Part shown: positions 61,253-64,000 of the stretch, piece after piece
Position numbering within the stretch: the first letter of the stretch is position 1
Layout: every line of letters starts with the position of its first letter
NCBI RefSeq assembly: GCF_008831285.2
Contig: NC_045138.2
Span: forward strand, 29,636,001-29,700,000
Length of the DNA: 64,000 bases
DNA from: Nymphaea colorata
Taxonomy: Eukaryota
Reading direction: 5' to 3'
Notes under the pieces: generated by a model
Database searches by the model: none
What the model was told of the DNA's origin: nothing
What the model saw: the letters and a program-made list of their open reading frames with translations, nothing else
Position numbers and translations under genes: made by a program

Positions 61253-63690
61253 ATCTATTATTAGGGTTATTGAAATCCTATGGCCATCAATCCATCTAGA
61301 TATTCTTATAGGAAAGCTGATCGCGAGAGGATTTCAGCTCACAATCACAAGTAGTGAACTTAACTTTTTATAGTAATTCAGCGACATGTGATACCAATCA
61401 GCTGGAATTAGGAAGCCATGACCACCCGTTTAACAACTGTTAGGTAAAAGTTGTTTCATTTTCTTTTTTGGATTAAGTATTTTAGCTCTTACATAGGGAT
61501 GACAATATATCCAATTTAGATCTGACATTAGGCCGAGCTGTTATGAACAAATCAGATACATAAATAATTTAGTATCTGATTAAGAAATCAGATGAGATTC
61601 GAATTTAAGAAATGACATCTGATCGGATTCATATATAGATAAATATCTGACTGGATTCGGATTGGATTTAGTTATAAATTACAAATATCTTATATCCAAT
61701 ACTCTTACATTTTTTAAAATCTGCCAGATGCCATTCAAAATTTGGATTCCAATTTGAATGTGAATGTAAAAACTGAATTCTGATCAGATTGAGATTGTGA
61801 AATTTAATGTCAAATTCAGATGTGACTTTTCTTTGTTGGTATTTGAATCGGAATTCATATATGAACATGTGAATATTAAAAAAAATGGATATTAAGAGTA
61901 TATCTGATTCAAATGCAATGAGTTGACGTCCCTAATCTTACAATCATTCGGATCTGATATTACAAACCCGAATGCTTGGTGGGGGACAATCGAATATTTG
62001 GGTATGCTTGAAGCCCACTGGATTATTTATGAGTGAGTGAATTCTTACATAATAATTACTGATATTGTGGTAAGGAACATGACAACGTTGATTTTCTTTC
62101 CTTCCTCATCAAAATTATAGCTGCTGATAATGTTCCCATTTCACCTTAGCAGTTCCAAAATGATAGTTGTTGCTGCTGCTCACAACGCCTTCCCTAATAA
62201 TGGCAGAATTATAGTTTTTTATTTTTGTTTTGATTTATTTCACTTTTCCTTTCATGGTGTGAAACTCTTGACCATCAAAATCCTACCCCAAGCTTCATAT
62301 CAGGAACAATCACACTTGGTTTTTTGTTTTTTCTCTTCATGATGCAAGGACAGTTATACTCGACGTTATCTGGTAAGGTCATTCTTTTGCAGTTTTACTT
62401 GTTACAGTTTTACTGGATTTAACATCCAATTTTAGAAGGCTTAGCGGCTTCTTTATATCCCGTCCCCAACCTGGTTGTCCTTGAAAATACACCTTTCTGC
62501 CCAAGAGTTTTCCATTTGAATAATTCTCAGCCCGAACCATGGAAGATCGTATTTGCATATGAGCTCTGATTAATTTAATTGATAAAACTGGAAAGCCCGT
62601 CTTTTTAAAATCGCCACTGTTGGGGGATGTCCATCACTACCGTCAAAAACGGTCCCACAAAAACTGATAGCAATTTCAAAATACCTTTTTGTTTTTGTAG
62701 TTATTGGACCTTCATGTGCTAGAGCAATAAAGAATATGTTGGTTGTTAGTTCTTTTCTAGATGAATGGTTTGAGGGGAAGAAAAAAAGAGAAAAGGGATG
62801 GTATTTTAATAATCTAGCGTTGATTGACAACTTTTTGTTATTGTTTTTGTCTCAATAGTTCATCTTGTAAGGATCAATGGTCAGGATTCATATACCATGA
62901 GATATTGGTAAGTACCAGACCCTTAAGTGATAGATCCATGAGAAATCAACTTAAATTTAAATTGTAACGTCTTGGCTATTTTCCCAATAGGTTTGGGCCC
63001 TTCCACAAATCTCAACAAATCTCAACCTGTCACACTAACAGTTTCAGTTTCAACTCCAAAAAAGACGAATTCAATCAGTGAACAATTATAGTGAACAATT
63101 ATGCAACTCCTTTATAAATCATTGAAGATTTTTCATAATCTTAAATACAAAACTAAACTTTTCAAAGTGGACCTTTATACCGGTCTTTCCAAGATTGATA
63201 GTTAAAAACAAAGATAAAGAGAAAAATGTGTGTGTGTGTGTGTGTGCGAGAGAGGAGTTTGAACATTCTTCCCTCAAAGTTTAAGAGACTGCGGGAATGA
63301 AACACACAGAACAGTGTTCCACGAGTTTCAAATTGATCAATTCATCAATTCCAGCATTCCACCCATATAGGCATGCACACTTTCCCGGTCCGTGCATGCA
63401 AACACAGACTGAGAACGCGGTGCACTAGAGAATGCTGTTATTAGACACCCTCTTGGCTCTCCTGCCCCAGCACTTTTTACTCAAGCTAGTCTGTGATGAG
63501 CGTCCTGGTTCGTCGGCCACACGTCTTATGGTGGTTGCATCTTGGTCCTCCTATTCTCTCCCAATTCTTGCCGTCTTATTATGAAATATTAACATAAAGA
63601 TGATCTTTGTTAGTAATTTGAGTTACTGCAAGTTTTTCACACCCATGAAACGCCGCCGAAAGAACTATTTTATACATATGAATGGCTGCA

Positions 63691-63725
<35 letters not shown>

Positions 63726-64000
63726 TATAAGTGTGCATGTTTGTTCTAATGGTGTTTACTGATGACAATGGGAGGGAACAGAGGTTCGGGGATGGACCTG
63801 ATGACCAACTGCCCCTTGAATCAAATGGTGACTATACAAGGGCATTCGGACACCTGCACTTTGCAGATTTTAGCAACAACACTGAGAACGAAGGGCCACC
63901 CAACAATCTGCTCAACAGTGTGTGGTACCAACCAGAGGAGGTGTTCCCCATTGATGGAACCCCTGAAGTCAGGCAGCACGCTTTCTGGATCCCTGTTAAC
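60050..64000 (+). CDS. Bark storage protein A-like / nucleoside phosphorylase (PNP_UDP_1) family protein, truncated at its 3' end by the window edge
   Basis: Exons 60050-60272, 60620-60687, 60781-60936, 63782->64000. Signal-peptide-like [40 protein letters not shown]...[24 protein letters not shown]...[66 protein letters not shown]. Confidence 0.9.
61087..61303. repeat. Long (TA)n plus a duplicated ~47-bp unit
   Basis: TATTATTAGGGTTATTGAAATCCTATGGCCATCAATCCATCTAGATAT at 61171 and 61256, each preceded by (TA)n. Confidence 0.9.
61494..61934. mobile_element. Non-autonomous hAT-type MITE in intron 3 of the BSP-like gene
   Basis: TIRs TAGGGATGACAA...TTGACGTCCCTA; 8-bp flanking direct repeat CTCTTACA/ATCTTACA; repeated GGATTC/ATCTGA subterminal motifs. 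Confidence 0.85.

Overview
Plant nuclear genomic DNA: AT-rich, intron-containing genes, many (TA)n/(CT)n microsatellites and small non-autonomous DNA transposons. An angiosperm is likely; the species cannot be fixed from the sequence. Manual splicing yields six protein-coding genes: (1) a GT43 xylan xylosyltransferase of IRX9-like type (+, 4601-7649) with a long uORF-rich leader; (2) peroxin PEX2 (+, 10637-16135); (3) mitochondrial ferredoxin/adrenodoxin reductase MFDR (-, 21597-16255), tail-to-tail with PEX2 with only 119 bp between stop codons; (4) a bHLH68/133-like transcription factor (+, 37869-43703) after a ~16 kb stretch with no clear gene; (5) tocopherol cyclase VTE1 (+, 46483-56635), whose reading frame requires two consecutive GC-AG introns; (6) a bark-storage-protein/nucleoside-phosphorylase-family gene (+, 60050 to beyond the window end). 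The most unusual observations are the tandem GC-AG introns in VTE1, a triplicated exon1/intron1 junction in the bHLH gene that creates a possible in-frame 21-nt micro-exon, the PEX2/MFDR 3' proximity, the multi-uORF GT43 leader and a probable decayed secreted-protein gene at the left edge. I see no support for a novel multi-gene system, prokaryotic system, CRISPR array, rRNA or tRNA. Exon coordinates were read by hand and may be off by a base or two.
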